This document shows positions 1 through 12,974 of a stretch of DNA of 64,000 nt, in pieces. The position numbers and the translations under genes are program-made. The notes below the pieces were generated by a model. The model was given only the letters and a program-made list of their open reading frames with translations. It was not told the DNA's origin and made no database searches. Origin of the DNA: Somniosus microcephalus (Eukaryota); the NCBI GenBank assembly GCA_052327205.1, contig CM126202.1:422592001-422656000 (forward strand), written 5' to 3'. Position 1 is the first letter of the stretch. Each line of letters starts with the position of its first letter.

Positions 1-660
1 CACAAGGGTCCATGAACGGTTATAATGAGGAAAATATTAACAGATCACAGTTATAAGAATGTTGACCTTTAAATCATAAATCCATTTTACACCTCATTAA
101 CCCCCCCCCCCCCCCACTCCCCACTTTAATTTTGAAATTAAGTAGCCCTTAACTTGTGAGAAACACAAAAAAATGTTGAAGCATCTCCATGTAAACTGTT
201 ACAGCTATGGGCAGTCGCGTATAGAAAACAGAATTCCGATGGTTAAAAATACCTTCAAAGTTAGTAAAGTACAGGACCTAATAAATCACTGAATGTACCC
301 GCAACAGCTGAGATACTCTGCTGCTAACCTGACTCCTTAAGCTGTGCAGCGCTCATTCTGACTCCACTGTAGTTGGAATCCAATAAATATTAAGTACCAA
401 CCTATAATAATACCACTTTTGACCATGATCTGTCATTAGGATCATTGTACGCAACAAGAAGAAGCTCTGTTCAGCTTCTCAGTTGAATACTCGGCCGGAT
501 TCCTCCTCCTTTTTCTCTAATTGCTATGCTTTTAATGCCTTCGAAAAGAGTCGCAGTGATGGGATTTGATTTTAATTATTTCCCCAGCCTTGGCGCAGAT
601 GGTTGCAGCCATTGTGATCTGTGTTTAAGCAGACAACGGTCGGATGGGTTTTTTTTTTAC

Positions 661-940
661 CTGATGCTCTTACTGCTTCATTGATCAGATGGAGATGTGG
701 GGGTGGGTTAAAGCCCAGTACCTGGCGATGAGGGGGCTTTCTCCTCCCAGTATTTTCATCTTTCCCGACGATGCTGGCCGGGAAAACGAACTTGTAGCTG
801 CCGCATCTGGGTCCCGGCGAGAACCAGCTCGCTGCCCGCAGTGGGCAGCGCGCATGCGGCTCCCAGCCTGGACCACCACCCACCCGCGCACCACAAGCTT
901 AAAAGGGCAATGCTCCTCTCCGCCAAGAAAACCCGGTGGT
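661..940 (-). promoter_or_regulatory. Candidate CpG-rich promoter / first exon of a gene running leftwards out of the window
   Basis: Local CpG-rich patch with no obvious repeat termini; NRF1-like GCGCATGCG at 850-858; minus-strand splice donor CAG|GTAAAA at 661/660. No recognisable protein. Confidence 0.3.
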
Positions 941-1600
941 TGCAAACAACTGTATTTTCAATTTGTTGGGGTTATTTTTTGGAAAAAAAGAATAAAGCAG
1001 ATGCATTTAGTTCGGCCAATGATTAGAGAGAACAGACTCAATCCTTACATGCATGGCTGCAAAGATGTTCTGCTCTACAAATACTTTCCCCACGTTTAAC
1101 CCTGTGAGGTTACACTTCATGTTGTCTCGTCATATTTCTCCCTACCACCATACATTGCCTTACTTTGCTAACCATCTAATGCTGATTAGCAGTCACTATC
1201 CAAGTACGCATACTTCAAAGACTCAAGTAACAGTCCCACATTAAGATTAAAATGTAACAGGGTTGCAATGTTTAGTTTGTTCTATCAGTGTTACGACTTA
1301 CGAAATTATCCTTGTTTTTGCATTTTTAATCATTTTATTTGATAACATTTGTTTGTGGCAAATGCATTTCGTAGATGCATGATGGTACATATTCTGCAGC
1401 CTGATTACATCTTGCGGTACTCAAAGGGCACAAAGGCAGCGAAATTCCTCCTGTTGATAATTTTACTGAAAAGTTGGCATGAGGGCAAAAAATAAACCAC
1501 ATATTGTGCTAACACTGATGTTTTCTCTAAAATTCTCAACAGGACTAATTTCACACCCCAACGTCTCTCTAATTTCCTTCATTGCAATTTAGAATATCAA

Positions 1601-1954
1601 ATCACAATCACAGAAACCCCACAGTGCAGATAGAGGCCATTTCGGCCCATCGAGCCTGCACCGACACATATCCCACCGATCCCCGTAACCCCTACACCAA
1701 CACCAACACATATCCCACCCTATCCCCGTAACCCCACGTATTTAATCCCCCCTAACACTAAGGGTCAATTTATCATAGCCAATCAACCTAACCCGCACAT
1801 CTTTGGACTGTGGGAGGAAACCGGAGCGCCCGGAGAAAACCCACGCAAACACGGGAGAATGTGCAAACTCCACACAGACAGTCACCCGAGGCCGGATTCG
1901 AACCCGGGTCCCTGGCGCTGTGAGGCAACAGTGCTAACCACTATGCCACCGTGC
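1601..1954 (-). mobile_element. tRNA-derived SINE (HE1/V-SINE type)
   Basis: Minus strand starts GCACGGTGGCATAGTGGTTAGC (A box) and has GGTTCGAATCC (B box), the V-domain-like GTGGGTTTTCTCCGGG...CCCACAGTCCAAAGATGTG core and a CR1-like tail. Aligns with the copy at 40940-41251. Confidence 0.9.
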
Positions 1955-3402
1955 GCTGTTTAGGCTTAACTCTTTCCTTACCTGTAGTTTTTCAACATGC
2001 ATCTAAAATACAGATCTTTATTACCATTTCCCTTAACCAGCAGAAAACATGATACCTGTATGTAAAAAAAAAACCAGACTTATGACCATGCATTGTCAGA
2101 ATATGACACCCTTATCCTTCTGTAAGACTTGTATCAATGTCTAAATTTCTACTGTTCCCACCTATTTCTAATTGGTAGATAATTAGTCGATTTTTTACAC
2201 AAAGTCAGGTTAGGTGATGTTCGCTATTGTATATGTTAACAGGTGGTGGGAAATACATATTTGTCCTGAGGACCTCTGCAGAGATTACCACTATGCCACT
2301 GGGTGCCATGACAATATGAAACAGAAATTCAGGTGGGTGATTGTAGGTTGGTAGTGACAAAAATAAAGTGCTATCTGCTGCTTGTAAATGTGCTAAGTAA
2401 ATTGAAAATGGCAGCATCAATCCAGTTCACAATGAACAGGAGTTCATAGCGCACAATGGTCCATAATTGGAACTGAATTGTCACCTTCATTCAGGAAGGT
2501 TGGCATGGAAAATGAAAATGTCGCTTTAGCGGGGGAAGGATGTCTTTTTATGACTGGGAACAACATTGGGACGTTGCGCAAGGAGAATTAACTTGTATCC
2601 GCCCCATGTTATACATGTCCTAGAAATGCTTATTGCTGACGCTGAGTGTGAATGTTGGAAAATACTTAATTTGTAAAATCTGTTCTCAGGATGTGGGAGA
2701 TGTTGCCCAGGTTGCATATACTGCCCATCCTTAGTTGGTCTGAGAAGGTGATGGTAGGCCTTTTCCTTGAACTGCTGCAGTCCTTGTGATGATGGTGCTC
2801 CCGCAATGATGTTAGGTGGGAAATCCATGATATTGACCCAACGATAATCAAGGAACAGGAGAGTGCGTGGTTTGGAGGGAAATTTGGAGATGATGATGTT
2901 TCCACAAAATTGTTGCTCATCTTTTTCAGTGGTAGAGATCGCAAGGAAGAGAGGCGCAGTTGCTGCAGTACATCTTGTCAATAGTACATATTGCATCCAC
3001 GGTGCATCGGTAATGGAGAGTTTGGGTACTGAGACAAATGACAGGTGCACCAATCAAGCAAATTGCCCTGCCCTGCATACTGTCAAGTTTCCTGAGTGTT
3101 GTCATGGCTGCACCCATCCAGGTGAGTATTGGTGAATATTCGGTTGTATTCCTGACTGGAAACTTGTTGTTGGTGGAGAGGCTTTGAGGGTTCAGGAGGT
3201 GAGCCACTTGATGCAGAGGATGCAGCCTCTAACCTGCTCGTGTAGTTGTAGTAATGATCTGGTTAGTCCAGTTAAGCCTCTGATCAATAGTGACCCCCAA
3301 GATGTTGACGTTGAAATTCAGCGATGGTGGTACTTTTGAAGGTCATGGGAAAATGGCTGGGCTTTCTCTTGTTCAAGATAGCAATTATCTGGCACTTATG
3401 TT

Positions 3403-6400
3403 GTGCAAATGTTACCTGACACTTGTCACCCCTGGTTGCTAAGGGAATTGGGTGAGGAGATAGCGGAAGGGCTTGCCATAATTTTCCAATCTTCCCTAGA
3501 TGCAGGGGAGGTGCCTGAGGATTGGAAAGTGGCAAATGTGACACCATTGTTCAAGAAAGGGTGTAAGGACAATCCTAGTAACGACAGGCTGGTCAGTTTA
3601 ACATCAGTGGTGGGTAAAATTTTAGAAACAATAATCAAGGAAAAAATTAACGGGCACTTGGAGAGGTTTAAGTTAATTAAGGAGAGACAACATGGATTTG
3701 TAAAAGGCAGATTGAGTTTGACTAATCTAATTGAATTTTTTGATGAAGTAACAGGGAGGTTTGATGAAGGGAATGCAATGGATGTTGTCTACATGGATTT
3801 TCAGAAGGTGTTTGACAAAGTACCACATAGAAGGCTGGTTAACAAAATTGAGGCTCATGCAATAGGTGGGTCGGTGGCAGCTTGGATAAGGAATTGGCTT
3901 AAGGACAGAAAACAGCGAGTTGTGGTAAATGGCTGTTTTTCAAACTGGAGGATGGTAGACAGTGGTGTTCCTCAAGGGTCAATGCTGGGGCCACAGCTTT
4001 TTATTATAATATATATAAATGACCTGGATATTGGAATACAGAGTAGAATTTCTAAATTTGCCGATGACACCAAACTTGGCGGGGGGGGGGGGGGGAGGAG
4101 TGGCAAGCAGTGAGGATGATACCAATCGACTTCAACAAGACATAGAAAGGCTAGTAGAATGGGCAGACAAGTGGCAGATGGAATTTAATACACAGAAGTG
4201 TGAGGTGATGCATTTTGGCAGAAGGAACAGGGTGAGGCAATATACACTTAATGGCACAATTTTAAAGAGTGTGCAGGGACCTGGGAGTTAATGTGCATAG
4301 GTCCCTGAAGGTGGCGGGACATATTGAGAGAGTGGTTAGCAAAGCATATGGGATCTTGGGCTTCATAAATAGAGGTACTGAGTACAAAAGTGGAGAAGCT
4401 ATGCTGAACCTTTATAAAGCGCTGGTTAGGCCACAACTGGAGTATTGCGTCCAGTTCTGGTCACCACACTTTAGGAAAGATGTGAAGGTACTTGAGAGGA
4501 TGCAAAGGAGATTTACCAGAATGGTTCCGGGGATGGGGCATCTTAGCTACAAGGGCAGGTTTGAGTAGCTGGATTTGTTTTTATTAGAACAAAGGAGGTT
4601 GCGGGGTGATTTGATAGAGGTGTTCAAGATTATGACGGGTTTGGATAGGCTAGACGGGGAAAGGCTGTTCCCACTAATTGATGGTACAAGGACATGGGGA
4701 CATAGCTAATGTAACACCCTTATTTAAAAAGGGCAGTAGACAGAAGGCTGGAAACTATAGACCGGTTAGCCTAACATCTGTGGTAGGTAAAATTTTGGAG
4801 TCCATTATTAAGGAGACAGTAACAGGACATTTGGATAATCATAATTTAATAGGACAAAGTCAGCATGGTTTTATGAAGGGGAAGTCATGTTTGACAAATT
4901 TGCTGGAGTTCTTTGAGGAAGTAACATATAGGGTGGATAAAGGGGAACCAGTGGACGGAGTGTATTTAGACTTACAAAAGGCATTTGACAAGGTGCCACA
5001 CAAAAGATTATTGCTTAAGATAAAAAATCACGGGATTGGGGGTAATATTCTGGCATGGATAGAGGATTGGCTATCTAACAGAAGGCAGAGAGTTGGGATA
5101 AATGGTTCATTCTCAGACTGGCAATCAGTAACTAGTGGTGTTCCGCAGGGGTCAGTGCTGGGTCCCCAACTCTTTACAATCTATATTAACGATTTGGAGG
5201 AGGGGACCGAGTGTAACATATCAAAGTTTGCAGATGATACTAAGATGGGGGGGAAAGTAGTGAGTGAGGAGGACATAAAAAACCTGCAAGGGGACATAGA
5301 CAGGCTAAGTAAGTGGGCAGAGATTTGGCAGATGGAATACAATACTGGAAAGTGTGAGGTTATGCACTTTGGCAGGAAAAATCGTAGAGCAAGTTATTAT
5401 CTTAATGGCAAGAAACTTGAAAGTACTGAAGTACAAAGGGATCTGGGGGTCCTGGTGCACGAAACTCAAAAGGTTAGTATACAGGTGCAGCAAGTGATTA
5501 AGAAGGCCAATGGAATGTTGGCTTTCATTGCTAGGGGGATAGAATATAAAAATAGGGAGGTATTGCTTCAGTTGTACAAGGTATTGGTGAGACCGCACCT
5601 GGAATACTGCATACAGTTTTGGTGTCCATACTTAAGAAAAGACATACTTGCTCTCGAGTCAGTACAAAGAAGGTTCACTCGGTTAATCCTGGGGATGAGG
5701 GGATGGACATATGAGGAGAGGTTGAGTAGATTGGGACTCTACTCATTGGAGTTCAGAAGAATGAGAGGCGATCTTATTGAAACATATAAGATTGTGAAGG
5801 GGTTGGATCGGGTGGATGTGGGGAGGATGTTCCCGATGATGGGTGAAACTAGAACTAGGGGGCATAGTCTTAGAATAAGGGGCTGCTCTTTCAAAACTGA
5901 GATGAGGAGGAACTACTTCACTCAGAGGGTGGTAGGTCCATGGAATATGCTGCCCCAAAAAGCTGTAGAAGCTACATCATTACATAAATTTAAAACAGAA
6001 ATAGACTGTTTCCTAGAAGTAAAGGGAATTAAGGGTTACGGGGAGCGGGCAGGAATTTGGACATGAGTCTAGGTTCGGATCGGTCATGGCCCTGTGGGTA
6101 GCGGAGCGGGCCCAGGGGCCGTGTAGCCTGATCCTGCTCCTATTTCATGTGTCTAATTCTGTTAGATTCAGGAGATGGTTCTGTGATAGTAGATTGGCGG
6201 TTAGGATCAGATCAGCCATGATCTTATTGAATGGCAGAGCAGGCTCGAGGGGCCGATTGGCCTACTCCTGCTCCTATTTCTTATGTTCTTATGTTCTTAT
6301 TTAAGGTTTTGGGCAAGAGATACAGGGGGGACATGAGGGGAAACTTTTTTACGCAGCGAGTAGTGAGGACTTGGAACTCACTGCTGACAGAAGTGGTGGA

Positions 6401-6582
6401 AGCGGAGACACTCAATGTTTTCAAGGGGAGACTGGATAGGCACTTGAGGGAAATAAACTTGCAGGGCTACGGGGATAGAGCGGGGGAATGGGACTGACTG
6501 GATTGCTCTACAGAGAGCCAGCACGGACTCGATGGGCCGAATGGCCTCCTTCTGTGCCGTTATGACTCTATGACTCTATGAC
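3403..6582 (+). mobile_element. 5'-truncated CR1 LINE (subfamily A), interrupted at 4705/6299 by another CR1
   Basis: Frameshifted ORF2 RT (QHGF, DFQKVFD, GVPQGS, FADD) and a (CTATGACT)n tail. The junction GGGGACATAG|ATTTAAGG is contiguous in the copy near 41890-41910. Confidence 0.93.
4705..6300 (+). mobile_element. 5'-truncated CR1 LINE (subfamily B) nested in CR1-A; RT C-terminal ORF open to the stop at 6066
   Basis: Uninterrupted RT ([30 protein letters not shown]) and a (TTCTTATG)n tail. Nearly identical to the copy at 61944-64000. Confidence 0.95.
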
Positions 6583-6686
6583 CCCAAGCCTGGATGTTTC
6601 CCAGGTCCTGCTGTAAGCTGTTATGGGCAGCTTCATTATCGGAGGAGTTGTGAATGGACCTGAATACTGTGGAGTCATCAGCCAAT

Positions 6687-6790
6687 AGTTCGGATGAAAG
6701 GTCATTGACCTGAAACATTAACTCTGTTTTTCTCTCCACAGATACTGCCTGACCTGCTGAATGTTTTCCAGCATTTTCTGTTTTTATTTT
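6687..6790 (+). mobile_element. Penelope-like terminal-repeat fragment with a degenerate minimal hammerhead ribozyme (6687-6723)
   Basis: AGTT-CGGATGA-A-AGGTC att GACCT-GAAAC-ATT-AACT. Same family as 54041-54966. Confidence 0.7.
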
Positions 6791-6969
6791 AGCCCTACTC
6801 CTGGCCTTGTTATGGAAGGAAGGTTATTGATGAAGCAGCTGAATATGGTTGGGACAAGAACACTTTCCTAAGGAACTCCTGCAGCAATGTTCTGGGCTGC
6901 GATAATTGGCCTCCAACAACCACAACCATCTTCCTTGGTATCAAGTATGAGTCGCAGCCACTAACCCCC

Positions 6970-8067
6970 TGTAAGCGGTTTTTGATTCTAGCCCAATTGC
7001 TAGACGGACGGTTCGAATTGCCCCCACCTTATGAAACTTCTATACCTGGGAATTATTATTCAAAGTGTAAATGAAATAAGTCATGGACAGGAATGCTTCG
7101 GTGAAAAATCAAACTTATATTTATTTGGTCTAACATACACTGGCTAAAAAACATGCACTACTAAACGAAATCACTGTCTCTGTGGAGAATAAAATCCAGG
7201 TTACAAACAACATACATACAGTACAAAACTGGGGACTATAACAAGCAGTAATTCCCTTGTTGCTATGGTGGACTCTAATTCTACCCCTACCAATTAATTA
7301 CCCAGTCGCATAAACCCCTTCGCCTGGCTGAACCAAACGAAGCTCCCACCCTCGGAATAGCCCAAAAACTTCACTTCTGAGGAAAACCCTGAGCTCCTTA
7401 CACCTCACCCAGCTCGCCTGGGATATCGGGGTACCGGCTTGGGATACTCGAGACTATGCTTACCCCAACACGCGGTCAGTTTCGATCGCTCCGCTCGGCG
7501 GCTTCTCTGGTACTTCTTGTTAAGTAGATCTTGTTGGAGCGGGAGCGAGAGAAAGAGAGAGAGAGAATGGTGGGAAAGGATCTATCTTTATAGCAGTCTG
7601 GCTACCCCTATCTTTACGCGCCAATCTTTAAAATCCTTTTGTTTCTAAGCACTCCAGTGCTTAATCAGTGATGGATCACCATCGGACTCATGAGTATTCC
7701 GTGATTGGATTAATGGCCCTAAGTCTGGGACATATCTTTCGGTCTTTGTGTTGGGAAAACTGACTCCTCTTCGGCTGGCTAGACTAGTGGGTTTATTGTT
7801 CTGCTTCTCTTCTGAGATGGAGGTGAGAAGTGTTTTTGCATATTAGAGTGCCTTTCTAATAAGTTCAAGTTCAATGGCCCCCTTCCTTATTCCAGGACAT
7901 TCTGGATGACTGACAGTTCATTTGTCACAGCCAACTGCCATGCATTCTCTGGAGTTTTAACAAACCAGTCCCCCACGCATCTGCACAGGGTGATCCCACC
8001 ACAGGGAAAACACCCTCAGCCCATAAAGTTCACAAAAATATTCTCGACTGAGTCCATTCTTCAAACA
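6970..8067 (-). mobile_element. Probable ERV-type LTR (~6970-7962) plus short internal remnant
   Basis: Insert inside the old LINE; TG at 6970 and CA at 7962; minus-strand TATAAA (~7590) and AATAAA (~7125); purine tract GGGGGA just outside. TSD not resolved. Confidence 0.5.
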
Positions 8068-8445
8068 GAGACTTTGCGATCTCTTCACCCCATTGACCTC
8101 AGTTTTGCTAAGGCTCCTTTGTGTTTACTCAGTCAAATGCTGTCTTGATGTCAAGGGTAGCTACTGTCACCTCTCCTCTAATATTCAGCTCTTGTGTCCA
8201 TGTCTGGACCAAGGCCATGATGAGATCCGGAGCTAAGTGGTTCTGGCAGAAGCCGAACTGTGCATCCTTGAGCAGGTTATTAGTAAATGAGTGTGACTTG
8301 AAAGCACTATTGATGATTTCTTTCATCACATCACTGATAATTGGGAGGAAGCTGATAGGATGGTAATTAAACAGGTTAGATTTAGCCTCTTTTTGTGGAT
8401 GGGATATACCTGGGCAATCTACCACATTGTTGGGTAGATGCCAGT

Positions 8446-8672
8446 TGACATGAATCAGTCATTCATGAAAGAAAGACTTATGAAATAATACTGAGCAGCC
8501 TATGGGTGGCACTGTCCAGGGAGAGTATAAATACTCAGGCACAGGCCCAGCTTGCGCAGGACATTCTTAACAGGAACTAGTGAAGGACACAACTAGACCT
8601 CCATGTTGTAAAACTGTTGATTAAAGCTTTGTTTAACGCTTAGACTAAGTGCCTAGTAGTTATTTTACGTCA
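8446..8672 (+). mobile_element. Solo LTR, family related to the Gypsy at 43214-47789
   Basis: TG...CA ends, 5-bp TSD CCAGT, TATAAA and ATTAAA. Aligns to the LTRs at 43214 and 47560. Confidence 0.92.
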
Positions 8673-11014
8673 CCAGTATCACAGCTGCTGCAACAACTTG
8701 GCTAGGGGAGTGGCTAGCTCCAGTGCACAGATGTTCAGCACTATAGCTGGGATATTGTCAGGACCCAAAGACTTAGCTGTGCCCAGTGCACTCAGCTGCT
8801 ATTAATGTTATGTGGAGTGTATAAAATTGGCTGGACACTGGTACCTATGATGGTGAGAACCTCGAAAGGAGACCGAGTTTAATCCTCCACTGAGTGCTTT
8901 TGACTGAAGGCACTTGCAACCACTTCAGCCTTTGCTCTTGCACTCACGTGCTGAGCTCCACCACAGTTGAGGATGGAATATTCCTGGAGCCATCTCTTCC
9001 TGGTTCTCCTCTACCATTCTTGATTGGATATGGTAGTGGTAGAGGGCTCTGCTCTGATCCGTTGGCTGTGAGACTGCCTTAACTTGCACAACATTCACCT
9101 TAATTAATTCCGATTGATTAATTGGTGGGATGAGCAGATAAATCCTGCTGCTCTGCTCTGTTTACTTTAAGTAGAAATAAGAAATGAGTCAGCTGAAGAA
9201 CTAATCAAAATGTAATAGCCAAATACTGTAGGAGGCAATCCTTAGTTGTAGAATGCTTAATTACATTCCTGAGAGTCTGAAGTCTATCCTATGACTGGCA
9301 CTTGGAAGAGTTTGCACTGTCTCATAGGATGCTTATTTCAGTTTGCTTTCCAATTGATCTTTCAAATCAGTCAACTGATCCCGGTTGAGTCTCTAGAGTA
9401 TCCTGAACTAGTTTGCTTCTGTAATAGAATGCGAAGTGAATTAACATATTTGAATGTCCTCAGGTTAATGTAATTTACTAATTTGCCAGGATTTTCTGTT
9501 TATTTCAATTTCCAAGATCTCTCTGGAATTGTCTTTTTTAATTTATTGAACTTTTTTTTCATTTTCCAAAATTTTTAGTCTCCTTTAATTTTCAAACTGA
9601 ATTCCATTTTCACTTCAGTAAAATCAAATGCATCAAAGGCAGTATTTCTGCTTTATCCTGATTGATCAATGAGCAAGTTTAGGTAGGTGTATTTTTGTTA
9701 GCATTGTTCTATTAATAATTTCTTTCCTGAAGAGATTACATGTCTCAACCTCTCTATAGGCATTGTGACTGGCTGGTTCGTGCTTCAGTTGCAGTTACGT
9801 AGCATGAAAGAGTTTCACTGTACACTAGTCTTTCTCCAGGTTTCAGTATTTTCATTCTCTAATATCATCAATAGGTTGTCAATGAAATTACAATGAATAA
9901 AAGAAAAAAAATAAATGTTATACATACACTATAGTTACATATTTATGATTCGTGTGGAGAAATGTAAGTGAAATAAAAATCATATTTTGTCTAGTATGAC
10001 ATTATAGTGATAAAATTATGCTATATAGCAGTTCCCACTAAATTATCTGGAGTTAAAATAATTACAAATATATTATAGTGGAGTCTCCATTGTCCACACT
10101 CCACTTATCCACTGGAAATTTTGTGGGACAGAGTCTTATGAAAGATGTTCTCTCATTGCACAGTTTTCTAGCATTAACCTCTTCCCGTCCGATATAAATC
10201 CACCTCACACCGGAAGATAGATTGCATTCAATTTATGTTATTTGTACCACATGTGTAAGAACAACACTTGGGGGCTCAGTTATCTATCAATTCCAGCATG
10301 GAAATTCCCTACATTATAATAGATGATGGAGGCTCCACTTTAATTCATGTGTTTGCTGCAGTTCAAAGATATATTGTCAATTAGGTAGCCATTAAGCTGT
10401 GAGAAACAAAACAAAGTTAAACTTTTTTTTGTATTGTTGCAAATAGAATAGGTCATGTTTTATTTCATTTAGTGTTTGGTTATTGTTCTAATGCCAGAAA
10501 TTGATGTGCAATGTGAGTGCTTCACAATAATGAGGGATCAAATGGAAGTGTGACTGCTGTACCTTATAAACAGAGGATTTGGGTGATGGAAAGGTTGAAC
10601 AATGGCCGTTTACCTTTGGTGCCTGACTTCAAATCTCGCCCAGTATTATACAATGCTATGTGAAATGAGTTTGGGCTCTCTCGATCCAAGTCTCAGTAAT
10701 CATGTGCTCACAGCACTAAATTGGCAGTCTCACTCAGAGAAGCCAAGGGATAGCTGATGTGGGAAATGGAAACATGTCCTATTGAAATAGAAGGAGTAAA
10801 GCTTTACCCTAAGCTGTAGCTTGTCTGATAGTACTTGATGGGGTTGTCAAAAAAAGGTAAAGGACAAGAAAAGGCCACTCATCCGATCAAACTCAAGCTT
10901 CCTGCAACTGCATCTTAAACTCATTTAATTTCTTTGATCGCGATCGTTACCTGTTAGGTCATTCCAATCGTTTATCATACTTTGAGTAAAGAATTCTTCC
11001 AGTAAGTCTTTACA

Positions 11015-12240
11015 GGCCCAACTAAGAATAAATCTGCAAAGTTGCTAAGGCGCTGTTTCTGAAGAAGATAAGAACAGGGTCGATTTTGTAAATATTGATA
11101 GTGAACTTCACCCGCCAGCTGTACATAGCGAAAAATCGATTTTCCATTCGTGGAAATTGAGGGTAGCACACCTGCAATTTTCCAATACGTGCGGCCTCCA
11201 AGCGAGACTTCCTACTGGAAGCATGTGTTCATAAATCAGCTGTCAGGTTTCAAGTCTGACCTGTCATCAACCTATGAGTAATTGTCACCACTTCACTGCT
11301 TCTAAGTAGCTCATTGAGCTGTCAGCCTGAGATGTGCACAGATGTTCAGCACACTGAAAGCATTTAGTAATTTAATTTCCATCATCATTTCCTAATATTT
11401 AAGAATAAGGTTGTTACACATACAGTGCACAGTGGGGAAAAGTAACTGTTTACATTTTATACTATATGGCTTCCATTTATCTCAGTATGAATTTCTGTGT
11501 CCGTACAGTACACACAAGTTAAAAGCTGCCAGTTTATATATATTTGATACTGCATGGTTTCTGTATTACACAAATGAAACCATCAATATATTATGCCACA
11601 TGGTGGAACACTTCCACCAAAGGAACTGCATTAATGGTTATAAAAATAACATCCGCTCCAAACTTTTATGATATGTGATCATTCAACGGTGCCGTAGAGT
11701 GTCAACTCATACATTTTTGCTATAAAATAGAAATGTTGTAAGACCACCTCAATACAGAAATGACACCTGACAGCAATTCAAACCCCATTGGTGAAGAGGA
11801 TGATCTCTTCCAGTGCCCTGTCCTGTTACCACTGGGGAAATGGGTGAAATGGCTTGCTCTTGAAAACAATGCATCTGTGACTTGTTTTATGCAAAAGTGC
11901 ACAATTGAGCAGCTAATGTTATTGATGTCCTCTACGGCACCCTTGAATGATCACATATCATTAAAGTTTGGGGCAGATGTTATCTTTACAACCGCTAATG
12001 CAGTGCCTTTGGTGGAAGTGTTCCACTATGTGGTATTATGTATTAATGGCTGCATTTGTGAAATGCCGCTTCTGTGGACTCAGTTCATGTGTTAAGTGGA
12101 GGTCGGGGAACCTTGGTCTGTATATTTTGTGATGCGGTACCAATGGCCTGTTTCCGTATTGTAACTTCTATGTATTTCTATTTATTTCATAATCAGTTCC
12201 ATATGATTTCTACCTATTTTCAACCCTGTTTCAATTTCCA
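11015..12240 (-). pseudogene. Ancient Harbinger remnant with transposase fragment
   Basis: Minus strand ~11830-11902 reads HFCIKQVTDALFSRASHFTHF, similar to [21 protein letters not shown] in the transposase near 24100. Boundaries approximate. Confidence 0.5.
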
Positions 12241-12324
12241 ATTGGGATTGAGGTAGATGTTGGAAGCTCCTGTCCAAAGCAGGTGAGAGCTTCACTTCAA
12301 TATATAAAAGGGACGTAGACATCC

Positions 12325-12553
12325 TGACGTAAGAAAACTACTAGGCACTTGGTCTAAGTATTAAACAAGGCTTTAATCAACTGTTTTTCAACATGGAGAT
12401 CTAGTTGTGCCCTTTACTAGTTCCTGTTAAAGAATGTCCTGAGCAAGCTGGGCCCATGCCCGAGTATTTATACTCTCCCTGGACAGCGCTACCAGCAGGC
12501 TGCCCAGTATCATTTCATAAGTCATTTCCACATGAATGACAAGATTCATGTCA
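12325..12553 (-). mobile_element. Solo LTR, same family as 8446-8672
   Basis: TG...CA ends, 5-bp TSD CATCC, reverse-complement match to 8446-8672. Confidence 0.92.
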
Positions 12554-12850
12554 CATCCTATGCTCAATTTCCCAGCCAGTTGGTATACTGGACACCAAAG
12601 CCAATGCATGCCCAGGAAATCTGACATTATTGTGGGTGGACCTTTCAGGAAGGAGGTCATTTAATGATCACAGATTTTTAAAATAGGTGTTTTTAGGCAA
12701 TTTCTGGGCTATTTTTGTTCACATTTTTTCCCTGTTGGCACTTAGGCTTTAATAAGCTTTTGTGTCAGTTTTCATTAATTATTACTTTTTATGTCCTCCA
12801 CTCCTTTCAATGGCGTCAATAGGTTTCCCATGAAAAACTCTGACCTGACA

Positions 12851-12974
12851 GGAGTGAAACTCAACTTCGGCTACAGGTGCAAAACGTATGGAAAAGAAAG
12901 TTGTGTGGGGTGTATAACGGACGGCCAATCTGCTACCATGTGCTTTGCACCCCGCCGAAGTTGAATTTCAGCCC
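12851..12974. mobile_element. Small MITE (Harbinger-like TIRs)
   Basis: Imperfect 20-bp TIR GGAGTGAAACTCAACTTCGG / CCGAAGTTGAATTTCAGCCC; TSD not clear. Confidence 0.6.

Larger units (their letters stand above)
2687..9085 (-). mobile_element. Old poly(A)-tailed LINE (CR1/L2-group RT) split into 5 pieces: ~2687-3402, 6583-6686, 6791-6962, 8068-8445, 8673-9085
   Basis: 2687-3000 matches the 3' end of the family at 37205-37540 and 47795-47969. 8129-8425 translates to non-LTR RT motifs (YHPISFLPIIS, QFGF, LDIKTAFD). The pieces are collinear across the insertions. Confidence 0.75.

Noticed and set aside
1435-1490. Sequence shared with 49925-49980
   Set aside because: Probably the terminus of another degraded MITE family; ends and TSD could not be defined.
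4678-6066. 462-aa ORF as a standalone gene
   Set aside because: It is a chimera of a few CR1-A codons and a 5'-truncated CR1-B RT, with no genuine start.
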